Part shown: piece after piece, positions 53,393-62,242 of the stretch
Numbering within the stretch: position 1 is the stretch's first letter
Layout: each line of letters begins with the position of its first letter
Translations under genes and position numbers: made by a program
From: a virus
IMG/VR virus record: IMGVR_UViG_3300045988_112440
Reading direction: 5' to 3' (one strand)
DNA length: 64,000 nt
Notes under the pieces: model-generated
What the model saw: only the letters and a program-made list of their open reading frames with translations
What the model was told of the DNA's origin: nothing
The model's database searches: none

Positions 53393-54238
53393 ATGAACGC
53401 AGTATCTGAAAAGAACGAAAATAACGCAGTTGAGTTTAATCCGCCAAAGGTTGATCCTGCTCCCAAAGTGAAACATAACCAGGCGAAGAACTATAGTATC
53501 AAACGCAAGGAAGCTTGTAATGGAACGGTGCAGCCTATTAAAGATGTAGAGGATATTAAACGAATTTCGGAATATTTTTGGAATCGTGGGATGTACCGTG
53601 ATTGGTGTTTGTTTAATGTTGGTGTATGTACTGGTTTTCGTGCAAGCGATTTGCTTCGTTTTAAGGTTTCAGATGTTACAACGCAGAGGGTAAATGGAAA
53701 GTTGCAAGTAAATGCAAATGCAAAAATACGAATGAAGGAAAAGAAGACTGGAAAATACCGTATTGTTTTTCTTCCAGAATCTGCTTTGGAAGTGATTTCT
53801 ACTTATATCAATAAAGTTAAGCTCCATTATGACGATTGGCTTTTCCCGTCATGTAAAGGCAGCTCTCGCAATTCACTGAGGAGCACAGGTGGGACATCAA
53901 TTAGTAAAAAGACTGGAATTATGTATACACACGAGGCAAATCCAAAGGTATCCGGGGAGCCGCTTGATGTGGATAGTTTTGGACGAATTATGAAAAAGGT
54001 TCAAAAGGATATGGCTCTTCCATATAATCTTGGAACACATAGTTGCCGTAAGACATTCGGCTATCAGTTTATGGTACAGCACCGTGATGATGTTATGGCT
54101 CTGGCCTGGCTTCAGCACGCTTTGAATCATAGTAGTCAGGCAATCACTCTTCATTATATTGGTCTTGATTCAGAAGTGGATGAGAGATATTACTCTGGAA
54201 TCAATTATGGTGTGAATACTCATAGTGAAAACTCTTGA
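53393..54238 (+). CDS. tyrosine recombinase (catalytic residues present)
   Basis: Start ATG 53393 (AAGGAGA RBS). TGFRASDL (Arg), HSCRKTF (HxxR), LNHSSQAITLHY (His..Tyr). Confidence 0.8.
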   Translation: MNAVSEKNENNAVEFNPPKVDPAPKVKHNQAKNYSIKRKEACNGTVQPIKDVEDIKRISEYFWNRGMYRDWCLFNVGVCTGFRASDLLRFKVSDVTTQRVNGKLQVNANAKIRMKEKKTGKYRIVFLPESALEVISTYINKVKLHYDDWLFPSCKGSSRNSLRSTGGTSISKKTGIMYTHEANPKVSGEPLDVDSFGRIMKKVQKDMALPYNLGTHSCRKTFGYQFMVQHRDDVMALAWLQHALNHSSQAITLHYIGLDSEVDERYYSGINYGVNTHSENS

Positions 54239-54246
54239 GGTGTGTT

Positions 54247-54927
54247 ATGGCTGATACTTATATTAAAATCTGGGATACTTATGAGAGCTACTTTGAACCA
54301 CTTAGTGCTGCTGAGGTGGGGCGTCTGGTATTGGCGATGATGAAATATAAATCGTCTGGAACGGAGCCTGAACTCAACGGAAATGAGCGGTATGTGTGGC
54401 CTGCTATTAAGAGAGATTTAATTAAAGATGCCGAATACATCGAAGGTAAGCGCATTTCTGGAAAAGCTGGAGGTGAAAGCAAGCGTAAGCAAAACAAAGC
54501 AAATGCAAGCAAAACAAAGCTAGAAAAAGAAAAAGAGAAAGAAAAAGATAAGATATCGTCTTCGTCTAGTGATAAGACGACAACGACGAAATCTATCGAG
54601 GATGTCTTTCGAGATGATATTGGGAAGCTTGGTGCTACTGGTCAAAAGGCTTTAGCAAAATATGTTGAGCGCATGGGTGACGAACTTGTGCTTGCTGTGA
54701 TTGGTAAGTGTTCTGATCTCGGCGGTAGCACATGGGCTTATGTGCGAAAAGCTCTGGACGAAGCAGAATCTCTTGGTTGTAAAACTGCTGATGATTATCG
54801 CCGGGCTTGTCCGATAGGGAATGGTCGTAATCTTAGAGTGAGTAGGGATACTCAATGCGGAACCGATTGGCTAAAAAACGCAACCTTGGATAAAAATCTT
54901 CGCAGAATGAAAATGATAAAAGAGTGA
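54247..54927 (+). CDS. DnaD-like replication/replisome-organiser protein
   Basis: Start ATG 54247. The N-terminal domain (WDTYESYFEPLSAAEVGRLVLAMMKY) and the C-terminal WAYVRKALDEAESLGCKTADDY resemble DnaD-domain phage replication proteins; a low-complexity linker lies between them. Confidence 0.55.
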   Translation: MADTYIKIWDTYESYFEPLSAAEVGRLVLAMMKYKSSGTEPELNGNERYVWPAIKRDLIKDAEYIEGKRISGKAGGESKRKQNKANASKTKLEKEKEKEKDKISSSSSDKTTTTKSIEDVFRDDIGKLGATGQKALAKYVERMGDELVLAVIGKCSDLGGSTWAYVRKALDEAESLGCKTADDYRRACPIGNGRNLRVSRDTQCGTDWLKNATLDKNLRRMKMIKE

Positions 54928-54943
54928 TTTTAGGAGCGTGATT

Positions 54944-55132
54944 ATGATGAATGAAGATATCGTTTTGCGAGGTGATGAAGCAAAGCAATTTGTGTATAAT
55001 CTGCATCATCCTAATGTTGCTAAAATAGTGAAAGAGAATAGACGACGTGATAAGGCACTTGACGAAGTGAACTATCAAAAAACAGAGGATGGTTTTACGT
55101 TTGACGTTGATAAAAGTAAATTGGAGGTTTGA
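54944..55132 (+). CDS. small protein, paralogue of 56144-56344
   Basis: ...AKQFVYNLHHPNVA...KSKLEV versus ...LKQLLYDIRHPSME...DIRLEV. Confidence 0.55.
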   Translation: MMNEDIVLRGDEAKQFVYNLHHPNVAKIVKENRRRDKALDEVNYQKTEDGFTFDVDKSKLEV

Positions 55133-55135
55133 ATT

Positions 55136-55537
55136 ATGGGACTGTTACTTGGTTTGGGTCTGCTTGGCGCAGCGTTTGGTATTGACACAGTAAAGCAAGC
55201 GCCGTTTGATAGAGCGCATCGCCGTCTCGAAAACGAATGGGGCACTTGTACATCAGAGGAGAATAAGCGGTGTAACGCTCTTGAATACGCAGTCAAGAAT
55301 GGTTTGTGTTTCGAGGATGAGAGGGAACCGGTTATTACATGGCAGAAGCTGAGAGATCTTCAGTGGAAGTATCAGTTAGCTGGTATTTCATGGCCGAGAG
55401 AATCTGCAATTCGAGATGTGTGTCGTTTGGCAGCTCGTGACCGTGGATTTGAGTACAAGGGATATCTTCGTAATACATTGACATTTGGCTACATCACTGA
55501 TCCGAAAAACATTTGCAAGCTTGGCATCGTAGATTAA
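55136..55537 (+). CDS. membrane-anchored hypothetical protein
   Basis: 133 aa; N-terminal MGLLLGLGLLGAAFG hydrophobic segment. Confidence 0.6.
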   Translation: MGLLLGLGLLGAAFGIDTVKQAPFDRAHRRLENEWGTCTSEENKRCNALEYAVKNGLCFEDEREPVITWQKLRDLQWKYQLAGISWPRESAIRDVCRLAARDRGFEYKGYLRNTLTFGYITDPKNICKLGIVD

Positions 55538-55551
55538 AAGGAGATTTGAAA

Positions 55552-55857
55552 ATGAATAACACTCGTAGAAAAGCTATCAAGCAGACCATTAACCGTTTTG
55601 ATTTTATCCGTGAGAAACTGGATGAGCTTGTGTCAGAGGTCGAATGTGTAAAATCAGATGTCGAGAGCATTCAGTGGGAAGAAGAAGAGTATCGTGATAA
55701 CATGCCGGAGAATCTGCAGGGGAGTGAGCGGTATGATAAAGCAGATAATGCTTGCACGAATCTGTCTGATGCTGTGGATGCTCTGGATGATATGATTGAT
55801 GCTCTGGATTTTAATTTTGGTGATGTGACTACCTATCTGGAGGAAGCGATGGAATGA
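55552..55857 (+). CDS. acidic hypothetical protein
   Basis: Start ATG 55552 (AAGGAGA RBS); 101 aa. Confidence 0.6.
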   Translation: MNNTRRKAIKQTINRFDFIREKLDELVSEVECVKSDVESIQWEEEEYRDNMPENLQGSERYDKADNACTNLSDAVDALDDMIDALDFNFGDVTTYLEEAME

Positions 55858-56042
55858 TTAACGCAACAAACCCATTGAGGAGAAATGCATGGGCTGTGTT
55901 CTTGTACAGAGGCAGACAAGTCTATTCGTATCTTTTGCGTAATAGCAATCTTGGGGACAAGGAACGCATGGTAGAACTGCTGGCACGAAGGTACATGACA
56001 GCGCCTGAAAACATTGTTGTAGACATTGAATTTAGAGATTGA
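55854..56042 (+). CDS. hypothetical small protein
   Basis: 62 aa, ATGA overlap. Confidence 0.5.
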   Translation: MINATNPLRRNAWAVFLYRGRQVYSYLLRNSNLGDKERMVELLARRYMTAPENIVVDIEFRD

Positions 56043-56143
56043 GGTGATAAAGAATGACCGCGTTTATAATGTTTGTTTTGAATGTGGCACTGATAATAAC
56101 GGTGAATAGTAATCCGTTTGTGTTTTGATTGAGAGGTGTGGAT

Positions 56144-56344
56144 ATGAGTATGTTGCAAGAAGAGTATAATTTGACGGATGAAGGACTTAAACAGTTGCTT
56201 TATGATATTCGACATCCGAGCATGGAAGCTGCTATACGTCGTGAAAAGATGTACAAAACATATTTATCGAATGTAGATGTTGAGTATGATGGTGAATCAG
56301 AAGTGGTTGATTTTAAAGACTTAGATATTCGACTGGAGGTGTAA
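56144..56344 (+). CDS. small protein, paralogue of 54944-55132
   Basis: Start ATG 56144 (GAGAGGTG RBS); 66 aa. Confidence 0.55.
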   Translation: MSMLQEEYNLTDEGLKQLLYDIRHPSMEAAIRREKMYKTYLSNVDVEYDGESEVVDFKDLDIRLEV

Positions 56345-56346
56345 CT

Positions 56347-56604
56347 ATGAATATTCTGAGTTTTAATGGAAATGAAAATCCAAAAGGGAGAGATGGTGAT
56401 GTCGTTGTCAAGTTAAGTTATCAGGAACTGTTTAAGTTAAATAATATTTTGTATCACGCTCAAAAAGGCGGTGAGATAAAGGACGTAGTGGACTTTAATA
56501 TTCGAAGGAATTTTTACATGGCGCTTAATTTGGTTCAACATGGTAGTCTGGATTCTATTTCGCTAGAAATCATGTTAAAACTTTATGAAAACAATAAAAC
56601 CTAA
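56347..56604 (+). CDS. hypothetical small protein
   Basis: 85 aa, GGAGGTG RBS. Confidence 0.55.
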   Translation: MNILSFNGNENPKGRDGDVVVKLSYQELFKLNNILYHAQKGGEIKDVVDFNIRRNFYMALNLVQHGSLDSISLEIMLKLYENNKT

Positions 56605-56621
56605 ATTCTGTGGAGTAAAAC

Positions 56622-56885
56622 ATGAAATATACAAAGCGTGAAATCATTAGCGCATATCGAATTCTCACGAAGAATATTCAGCAGAATGATCTCGGCTGGC
56701 GTGGGAAGATGATTTTGAGTGATGTACTTGATGACTATTTCAGTCGTATTGAGGGTGAAAAAGTTGTCGTTGATCCGAAGTATGGAAGTTTTCGTTGTCC
56801 AAAATGCAATACCGTAATTACAAGTGAGTATGACCATTATTGTAGAGATTGTGGTCAGAAGTTTGATTGGAGAGAAATAAGATGA
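56622..56885 (+). CDS. zinc-ribbon protein
   Basis: 87 aa; CPKC..CRDC. Confidence 0.55.
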   Translation: MKYTKREIISAYRILTKNIQQNDLGWRGKMILSDVLDDYFSRIEGEKVVVDPKYGSFRCPKCNTVITSEYDHYCRDCGQKFDWREIR

Positions 56886-57103
56886 AGATTGATTTGACTC
56901 TTAATGAAGCACGAGTGATTCAAGACGCACTTGATGTGACAAGCTTGTGCCGGTCTGGATGCTATATGGGTTATAAGAGCGGAGACAAGGATCTGTGTTT
57001 TAGGCTTGACAAAGATGGTGATTGGCGTTGCAAGCTAATGCGTGAAATTGATTCTATCAATGGCAAGCTTGAAGATGCAATGGATGGAGAGGGCAATGAT
57101 TGA
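56882..57103 (+). CDS. hypothetical Cys-containing small protein
   Basis: Start ATG 56882; 73 aa. Confidence 0.5.
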   Translation: MKIDLTLNEARVIQDALDVTSLCRSGCYMGYKSGDKDLCFRLDKDGDWRCKLMREIDSINGKLEDAMDGEGND

Positions 57104-57326
57104 AAGAAATAACGAGAAAATCAATACATTGCGCAAAGGTATTAAGCGGTTAACAAACGAGCTTGATGAACAATGGAAAGAGTTAGAACACTTTTCTGGA
57201 GATTTGTATGAAATAAAACTTGCTGAATACATGACAAAATTAGAGACCATCAAAACTCTTGGCGGATTTTATTTTCGTTATGATAACGGAAAGCATACAG
57301 TTTCCATTATGGGGTTTGATGGCTAA
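57096..57326 (+). CDS. hypothetical small protein
   Basis: Start ATG 57096; 76 aa. Confidence 0.5.
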   Translation: MIERNNEKINTLRKGIKRLTNELDEQWKELEHFSGDLYEIKLAEYMTKLETIKTLGGFYFRYDNGKHTVSIMGFDG

Positions 57327-57458
57327 TGATGTAAAGTATGCAAGAATTGATAAAATCCGGGTTCTTGTGGATATTTAACAAAAGGATGTGTAGACCGATG
57401 ATATAACTATTGATGACGTAGGATTATTAGTAAAATTTTGGAAAATAAAATTGTTGGA

Positions 57459-57487
57459 TTGAAAATTACATTCATGTGGTGTATGAT
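57459..57487 (+). promoter_or_regulatory. sigma-70/sigma-A-type promoter TTGAAA-17-TATGAT
   Basis: -35 at 57459-57464, 17-nt spacer ending GTG, -10 at 57482-57487. Sits in the 215-nt gap before the small membrane peptide and Lar-like genes. Confidence 0.5.
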
Positions 57488-57541
57488 TTAAGCAACCTCA
57501 GCACAAGATGTTTAAGCTAAAAGAAATGTGAGGTTAATATA

Positions 57542-57697
57542 ATGTGGATTATGATAATATCGTTTATTGCATTTTACTTTGTACTGCTTGTTCCTTTTGG
57601 GATTTTTGTAATGGGACTACTGAAAGTGGCGTCTATTGCTGATGATCAGAGTGAGCGGCTGGAAATGGAACAGGGAAGGGATGGTCAAAATGTATGA
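57542..57697 (+). CDS. small membrane peptide (51 aa, below track cutoff)
   Basis: MWIMIISFIAFYFVLLVPFGIFVMGLL...; its GAGGT RBS can pair with AACCTCA at 57494-57500. Confidence 0.45.
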   Translation: MWIMIISFIAFYFVLLVPFGIFVMGLLKVASIADDQSERLEMEQGRDGQNV

Positions 57698-57884
57698 TTT
57701 GAAATCGTGCCCATGTTGTGGTGGTCCAGCAACGCTTTTTAAATTGAGAGCGCAAGTCATATGTGATTATTGTGGACTGAGAACAAAAGCGTATTATGAT
57801 AATCTTGTTAATTGTGGAATGCCAGATAATAATATGCTTTTGGATGCAGTAAATGCTTGGAATAAACGAGTTGATAAAAGTTAA
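57690..57884 (+). CDS. Lar-family restriction-alleviation-like zinc-ribbon protein
   Basis: Start ATG 57690. LKSCPCCGG...CDYCG...AVNAWNKR matches my recollection of the Lar family pattern. Confidence 0.55.
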   Translation: MYDLKSCPCCGGPATLFKLRAQVICDYCGLRTKAYYDNLVNCGMPDNNMLLDAVNAWNKRVDKS

Positions 57885-57902
57885 GATTTAGGAGGAATGA
57901 AT

Positions 57903-58067
57903 ATGAACAGATATGATCTTTCCGCTTATGCGATTGCAGTGTCAAACTTTTTGAAAGATAATGCTTCTGCTGGCAATGAACGATTTCCAATTACGGTCAA
58001 TGAATGGGAACTCGCAGCGCAACTGGATAAGCTGGCAAAAGAACTGCGTGTCCCAGATAAAAACTGA
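57903..58067 (+). CDS. hypothetical small protein (54 aa, below track cutoff)
   Basis: ATG 57903, 7 nt after a GGAGG RBS. Confidence 0.45.
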   Translation: MNRYDLSAYAIAVSNFLKDNASAGNERFPITVNEWELAAQLDKLAKELRVPDKN

Positions 58068-58086
58068 GTTTTAATGGAGATACATT

Positions 58087-58284
58087 ATGAAAAAGTTCGT
58101 TGTTCTTTTTGAAGGTTGGAATGATAAGCACGACCGTGAATGTATGTGCTATGTTGTTGATGCAGATGATGGCTTTGAAAGTATTTTGAGCGTTGAAGAA
58201 CGGGCGGAAAAGATGGCTCGAAGCAAACATCCTAATCTGAAAAATTTTAAGACGCTTTACATCAAAGAACTGCTTAACAGATAA
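58087..58284 (+). CDS. hypothetical small protein
   Basis: 65 aa, TGGAGA RBS. Confidence 0.55.
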   Translation: MKKFVVLFEGWNDKHDRECMCYVVDADDGFESILSVEERAEKMARSKHPNLKNFKTLYIKELLNR

Positions 58285-58310
58285 GAACTAAGATTTAGGA
58301 GGAAATAGTT

Positions 58311-59087
58311 ATGCCGAGAAGGAAAACAGTAGAAGCACTGCAATTAACGCCGAAAGAAATAGCTCGTAAGTCGCCTACTTTTATGGAGCTTCCTGAGATG
58401 GTAAGCCGTGCTGGTGAGCCTACATACTATTATGATGTGGGAGATGCTGTAGAGATTGGTCATCTTAGCGGATGCAAGATTGATGAAGTCTGCGACGGTG
58501 GTTTATATTACGGTGTTTCTTACGATGATGGATATAGGTACGAAACGTGGTTTAACATTCGTAAAGCAGGTATTGAGAAGAAATCTCAACTGACAGAGAA
58601 TGATGACATTAAGATTTCCTACTCAAATGTGACCATCGAATCCTTGCTCCACAGGTATTACTTCTTTGGCATCAACTGCAATCCGAGTTATCAACGTGGA
58701 TCTGTGTGGACAGATGATGACCGTAAACTGCTTCTTGAAACAATTTTTATGGGTGGTGAAATTGGTCGATTCGTTTTAAAAAATATTGATATGGACGAAT
58801 GGAATGAAAATCAGAATTACCTTTATGAAATCATTGATGGAAAGCAGAGGCTTCTGACGCTGACTGCATTCTACGAAGATCGTTTCCGTTACAAAGGATA
58901 TCTGTATAGTGAACTCTCTAAAAAGGACAAGAGAACATTTGATGAGGCCGTTGTTGCTATTGCAGATTTGCGGAATCTTTCTAAGAAAGATATGTTGCGT
59001 GTATTCTTGTTACTGAATCGTGGCGGCAAGGTTGTTACCAACGACGTACTTAATCATGCAAAAGAGTTACTAGATGAAATGGAGTGA
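58311..59087 (+). CDS. DUF262/ParB-like nuclease-domain protein
   Basis: 258 aa; NPSYQRGSVWTDDDRKLLLETIFMGGEIGRFVL and IIDGKQRLLTL motifs (the N-terminal domain type seen in GmrSD). Confidence 0.65.
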   Translation: MPRRKTVEALQLTPKEIARKSPTFMELPEMVSRAGEPTYYYDVGDAVEIGHLSGCKIDEVCDGGLYYGVSYDDGYRYETWFNIRKAGIEKKSQLTENDDIKISYSNVTIESLLHRYYFFGINCNPSYQRGSVWTDDDRKLLLETIFMGGEIGRFVLKNIDMDEWNENQNYLYEIIDGKQRLLTLTAFYEDRFRYKGYLYSELSKKDKRTFDEAVVAIADLRNLSKKDMLRVFLLLNRGGKVVTNDVLNHAKELLDEME

Positions 59088-59091
59088 GTAA

Positions 59092-59427
59092 ATGATTTAT
59101 ACCGTAACAATGATTGACTCGTTTAAGAACGAGCAGAATGCGAAATTCAGTTCGCCAGTGTCAAATACCAAAGGAATCTATTGGATGCCGGATGATAGTT
59201 GGATCGCTGGATTCTTTACAGATTTGGCAGAGGCTATTCGAGTTGTTAAAGAAAACGTGACTGACATCTTTGAACATTGTTACAACTACGCAGTCGTTGA
59301 AGGATACGAGGAAGGTCTGTATCCAAGACCAGAATTGACGAGGTGGTTTAAATATGATGCTGAGAGTGACACAGCATTCGAGATTGAACCGCCGTTGCAT
59401 AATAAGGTGGCCGGATATGCGTTTTGA
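59092..59427 (+). CDS. hypothetical protein
   Basis: 111 aa, GGAGTGAG RBS. Confidence 0.6.
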   Translation: MIYTVTMIDSFKNEQNAKFSSPVSNTKGIYWMPDDSWIAGFFTDLAEAIRVVKENVTDIFEHCYNYAVVEGYEEGLYPRPELTRWFKYDAESDTAFEIEPPLHNKVAGYAF

Positions 59428-59444
59428 AGAAGGAGAATAAGACT

Positions 59445-59600
59445 ATGAGTAGTGTACTTATTGATCGGAACGCAGCTAAGAAGGTAGAATCCATCTTCGA
59501 GCATCCTGATAAGGTCTATTCGGTGTATTTGAAAGCTGGCGGAGATGTCGTTTGGCTGCAAGGTGAAATTGAGTTGTATGAATTTTTGCGTAGCTTGTAA
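59445..59600 (+). CDS. hypothetical small protein (51 aa, below track cutoff)
   Basis: ATG 59445 behind an AAGGAGAA RBS. Confidence 0.45.
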   Translation: MSSVLIDRNAAKKVESIFEHPDKVYSVYLKAGGDVVWLQGEIELYEFLRSL

Positions 59601-59626
59601 AACTAAGTTTTAATATAGGTGATTTT

Positions 59627-60379
59627 ATGACAAGAAATGAATTGCTTGGAGCATTATGCTTTCCAGAATATAATTTTCTTCGGGAGAATGAGCATCTTGG
59701 CAAGCATATGATGTTCGTAACGGTCGGTGGCAGTCATGCTTATGGAACAAATGTTGAGGGTTCAGATCTCGACATCCGAGGGGTGGCATTAAATTCAAGA
59801 GAAGACCTTCTTGGTCTTGGTGAGTTTGAACATTATGTGGATACTCAAACTGATACTACAATCTACAGCTTTAATAAGGCTGTGAAGCTAATGTGCAGTG
59901 GAAATCCTAATATGCTGGAGCAGCTAGGGAACGCCGATGAACTCGTTATTAGCTATAATCCAATGACAAAGTTACTTATGGATAATAAAAAGCTGTTCCT
60001 GTCGAGGCGTGTAATCTATTCGTTTGGCGGTTTTGCAGGTAAGCTGATTCAGAAGGCTGATACGCTGGACAAAGATCCAATTTATCATGGCTCAAAGAAA
60101 ATGCACAAGACGGTAATGAATGTAGTTCGTGTATACCTGATGCTCTTTGACATCTTAGAAAAAGGTGAAATTAAAACCTATCGAGACAACGATCATAACT
60201 TCCTGACGCAGCTTCGCAACGGTGAATATGATTACAAAGAGATTCGTCAGCAACTGATTCCGGCCTATGAAAGCAGATTGTCAGTGGACAAGAGTGAGAC
60301 TTACCTGCCGGACAATGTTGATTGGAAGCGGGTCAACGAGCTTGTGATGACTGTAAATGAGGAGTCTTTAAAGATTTGA
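59627..60379 (+). CDS. Pol-beta-superfamily nucleotidyltransferase (RlaP/PF10127-like)
   Basis: 250 aa; VTVGGSHAYGTNVEGSDLDIRGV N-terminal nucleotidyltransferase motif. Confidence 0.6.
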   Translation: MTRNELLGALCFPEYNFLRENEHLGKHMMFVTVGGSHAYGTNVEGSDLDIRGVALNSREDLLGLGEFEHYVDTQTDTTIYSFNKAVKLMCSGNPNMLEQLGNADELVISYNPMTKLLMDNKKLFLSRRVIYSFGGFAGKLIQKADTLDKDPIYHGSKKMHKTVMNVVRVYLMLFDILEKGEIKTYRDNDHNFLTQLRNGEYDYKEIRQQLIPAYESRLSVDKSETYLPDNVDWKRVNELVMTVNEESLKI

Positions 60380-60406
60380 TAAAACCAATATTTTAGGAGT
60401 GATATT

Positions 60407-60586
60407 ATGAAAACTTTTGATGTTTTAAAAGTTGGACAGACTATTGTAGCCGAAGACGGGGACACAATGAAAGTTATTGATTATGATTTTTATGGGACAG
60501 GGCAGAATATCATGTGCTTTATGTCGGATCGTTGTGTATATCCATCAACTGAGTTTAATGCAGGCGATTGGGAGATTGAAAGTTGA
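60407..60586 (+). CDS. hypothetical small protein (59 aa, below track cutoff)
   Basis: ATG 60407 behind a TAGGAGTG RBS. Confidence 0.45.
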   Translation: MKTFDVLKVGQTIVAEDGDTMKVIDYDFYGTGQNIMCFMSDRCVYPSTEFNAGDWEIES

Positions 60587-60613
60587 AAGGAGGTTTTATT
60601 TATCACTAATAAG

Positions 60614-61228
60614 TTGTTAACAAATCGTGAGCAAAGCGTTGCTATTGTGTGTATAATGTGCCTGCTGGCAGGGAATTTAGTAATAAAAGCGTTACCGAAT
60701 ACTGAAGTTGGAGGCACATATACATATTATAATGATCAATCGGTTCATAATGTTACACAGGCAACAAAAGAAGATGAGAACGATGAACCTACAATTTTTG
60801 TAAAGAAAATCGTTGAAACGAAGGTGGTGAACTTTAGCCAGGGTAAACATGAACTCACTGATGATGAGCGTGCTCTTGCAGAGCAGATTGTTGCTTGTGA
60901 AGCAGGTGCTGACAGTTTGGAAGGCCAGATGGCCGTTGCTCAATGTCTTTATGATTCCGCTGTACTTGATGATTTAACCATCCAGCAGGTCTTTAAGAAG
61001 TATGGTTATAGTTCCTTATATAATAGGAAGGTTACAGCAGAGAATGAGCTGGCTGTCTCTATGGTGTTTGATTATGGTGCTAAAATTTCAGACAAACCTA
61101 TCCAATGGTTTGTAACCCCGACTGCAGCTCCCGGCAGTTGGCACGAGCGTGGAGCAACCTTTGCTGGACAATTTGGCGCACATAGGTTCTATTATGATTC
61201 GAAGTTGGTTGTGGATGATGCTGAGTGA
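60614..61228 (+). CDS. SleB/cell-wall-hydrolase-like protein with N-terminal membrane anchor
   Basis: 204 aa. LAEQIVACEAGADSLEGQMAVAQCLYD resembles the Hydrolase_2 (SleB) signature. The TTG start lies 20 nt after the GGAGG RBS, so the start is uncertain. Confidence 0.55.
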   Translation: MLTNREQSVAIVCIMCLLAGNLVIKALPNTEVGGTYTYYNDQSVHNVTQATKEDENDEPTIFVKKIVETKVVNFSQGKHELTDDERALAEQIVACEAGADSLEGQMAVAQCLYDSAVLDDLTIQQVFKKYGYSSLYNRKVTAENELAVSMVFDYGAKISDKPIQWFVTPTAAPGSWHERGATFAGQFGAHRFYYDSKLVVDDAE

Positions 61229-61281
61229 ATGGCGTCATCTAAAATTTTGATAAATAATACAACAAAAAGATGTGTAATATA

Positions 61282-61309
61282 TTGACTAAAACAAAAGGCT
61301 GTGTATAAT
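61282..61309 (+). promoter_or_regulatory. sigma-70/sigma-A-type promoter TTGACT-16-TATAAT (TG directly upstream of -10)
   Basis: -35 at 61282-61287 and -10 at 61304-61309. Confidence 0.55.
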
Positions 61310-61353
61310 ATATCTTGAAAGTTGTTTGTGTGAGCGGAAGGCGGTTATTCTTG

Positions 61354-61680
61354 ATGAGCGATAGAAAGGTTTTGAAAGTTATACGGGTTGATGATTTTTT
61401 AAAGTACATAAGAAAAAAGCGAGTGTGGGTCTGCTTTGTTTGTAATGGTGTGGATATTCACATGATCTGCAAAAAGATTGACGACATTGGCGTAGAGACG
61501 GGTGGGATTGTTAATGGCGTGGGGTTCTTCGGAAATGAGAGTCACATCGAGTTGCGACAAAAATGCCATGAAGTAAGGAGAATTGAACTTAGGTCTGGCT
61601 GTGCAGAGAAAGCGTATGAGATGATCTTCGATAATACTAGTGTGTTCGTATCAGAGAATCCTGAGTTGTACGGGCACTAA
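61354..61680 (+). CDS. hypothetical protein
   Basis: Start ATG 61354 preferred over the track TTG at 61315; 108 aa. Confidence 0.5.
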   Translation: MSDRKVLKVIRVDDFLKYIRKKRVWVCFVCNGVDIHMICKKIDDIGVETGGIVNGVGFFGNESHIELRQKCHEVRRIELRSGCAEKAYEMIFDNTSVFVSENPELYGH

Positions 61681-61699
61681 AAATATTTTCAAAAACCTC

Positions 61700-61728
61700 T
61701 TGACTTCTGTGATTGTATCCTGTATAAT
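61700..61728 (+). promoter_or_regulatory. sigma-70/sigma-A-type promoter TTGACT-17-TATAAT
   Basis: -35 at 61700-61705 and -10 at 61723-61728; overlaps copy 6 of the 20-nt element. Confidence 0.6.
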
Positions 61729-61735
61729 GTAGCTA
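61716..61735 (+). promoter_or_regulatory. 20-nt conserved element copy 6 (TATCCTGTATAATGTAGCTA)
   Basis: Overlaps the -10 of the promoter for the MazF-like/recombinase-like gene pair. Confidence 0.6.
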
Positions 61736-61771
61736 TGGAACGGAGCTACATCATTGTAGAGGAGAATGACT

Positions 61772-62191
61772 ATGGATAACAATATTGACCCAAAGGTCGG
61801 AGAGGTTTGGTTGGTTGATCTATCCAATGCGACAGGTCATCAGCAGCGCGGCATTCGACCGTTCGTTGTGACAAGTAACAACAAGCGTAACTTCTTCAGC
61901 CCAACAATCAAAGGGAATCCGTTATCTTCAAGAATATATAAGCGTTCTCCGGTTCATGTTCTACTCTCAAAGGAAGACTGCGAGTTCCTAGAGGTTGATA
62001 GTATCGTTCTCTGCGAAGAGACTGATACACTTAACAAAGGACAGTTCATCAAGAAACTTGGTGTCTTGTCGGAGCGTCAGATGAATATGATTGCAATGGC
62101 AAGATGCAAAGATGAACCATTTTTGCTCGCAGCATTTCTGAGCGGTGTACAACATACTATGGAATTTCAGAATTTTGCCGCATTTGCTTGA
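61772..62191 (+). CDS. MazF/PemK-family toxin-like endoribonuclease
   Basis: Start ATG 61772. KVGEVWLVDLSNATGHQQRGIRPFVVTSNN...PLSS...VDSIVLCEETDTLNKGQFIKKLGVLSERQM fits the PemK fold pattern. No obvious MazE-like partner lies directly upstream. Confidence 0.65.
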   Translation: MDNNIDPKVGEVWLVDLSNATGHQQRGIRPFVVTSNNKRNFFSPTIKGNPLSSRIYKRSPVHVLLSKEDCEFLEVDSIVLCEETDTLNKGQFIKKLGVLSERQMNMIAMARCKDEPFLLAAFLSGVQHTMEFQNFAAFA

Positions 62192-62242
62192 TTTGTTCTC
62201 AGGTTTAATGGTACACTACATAATAAGAAGGAGTGTGCCACT

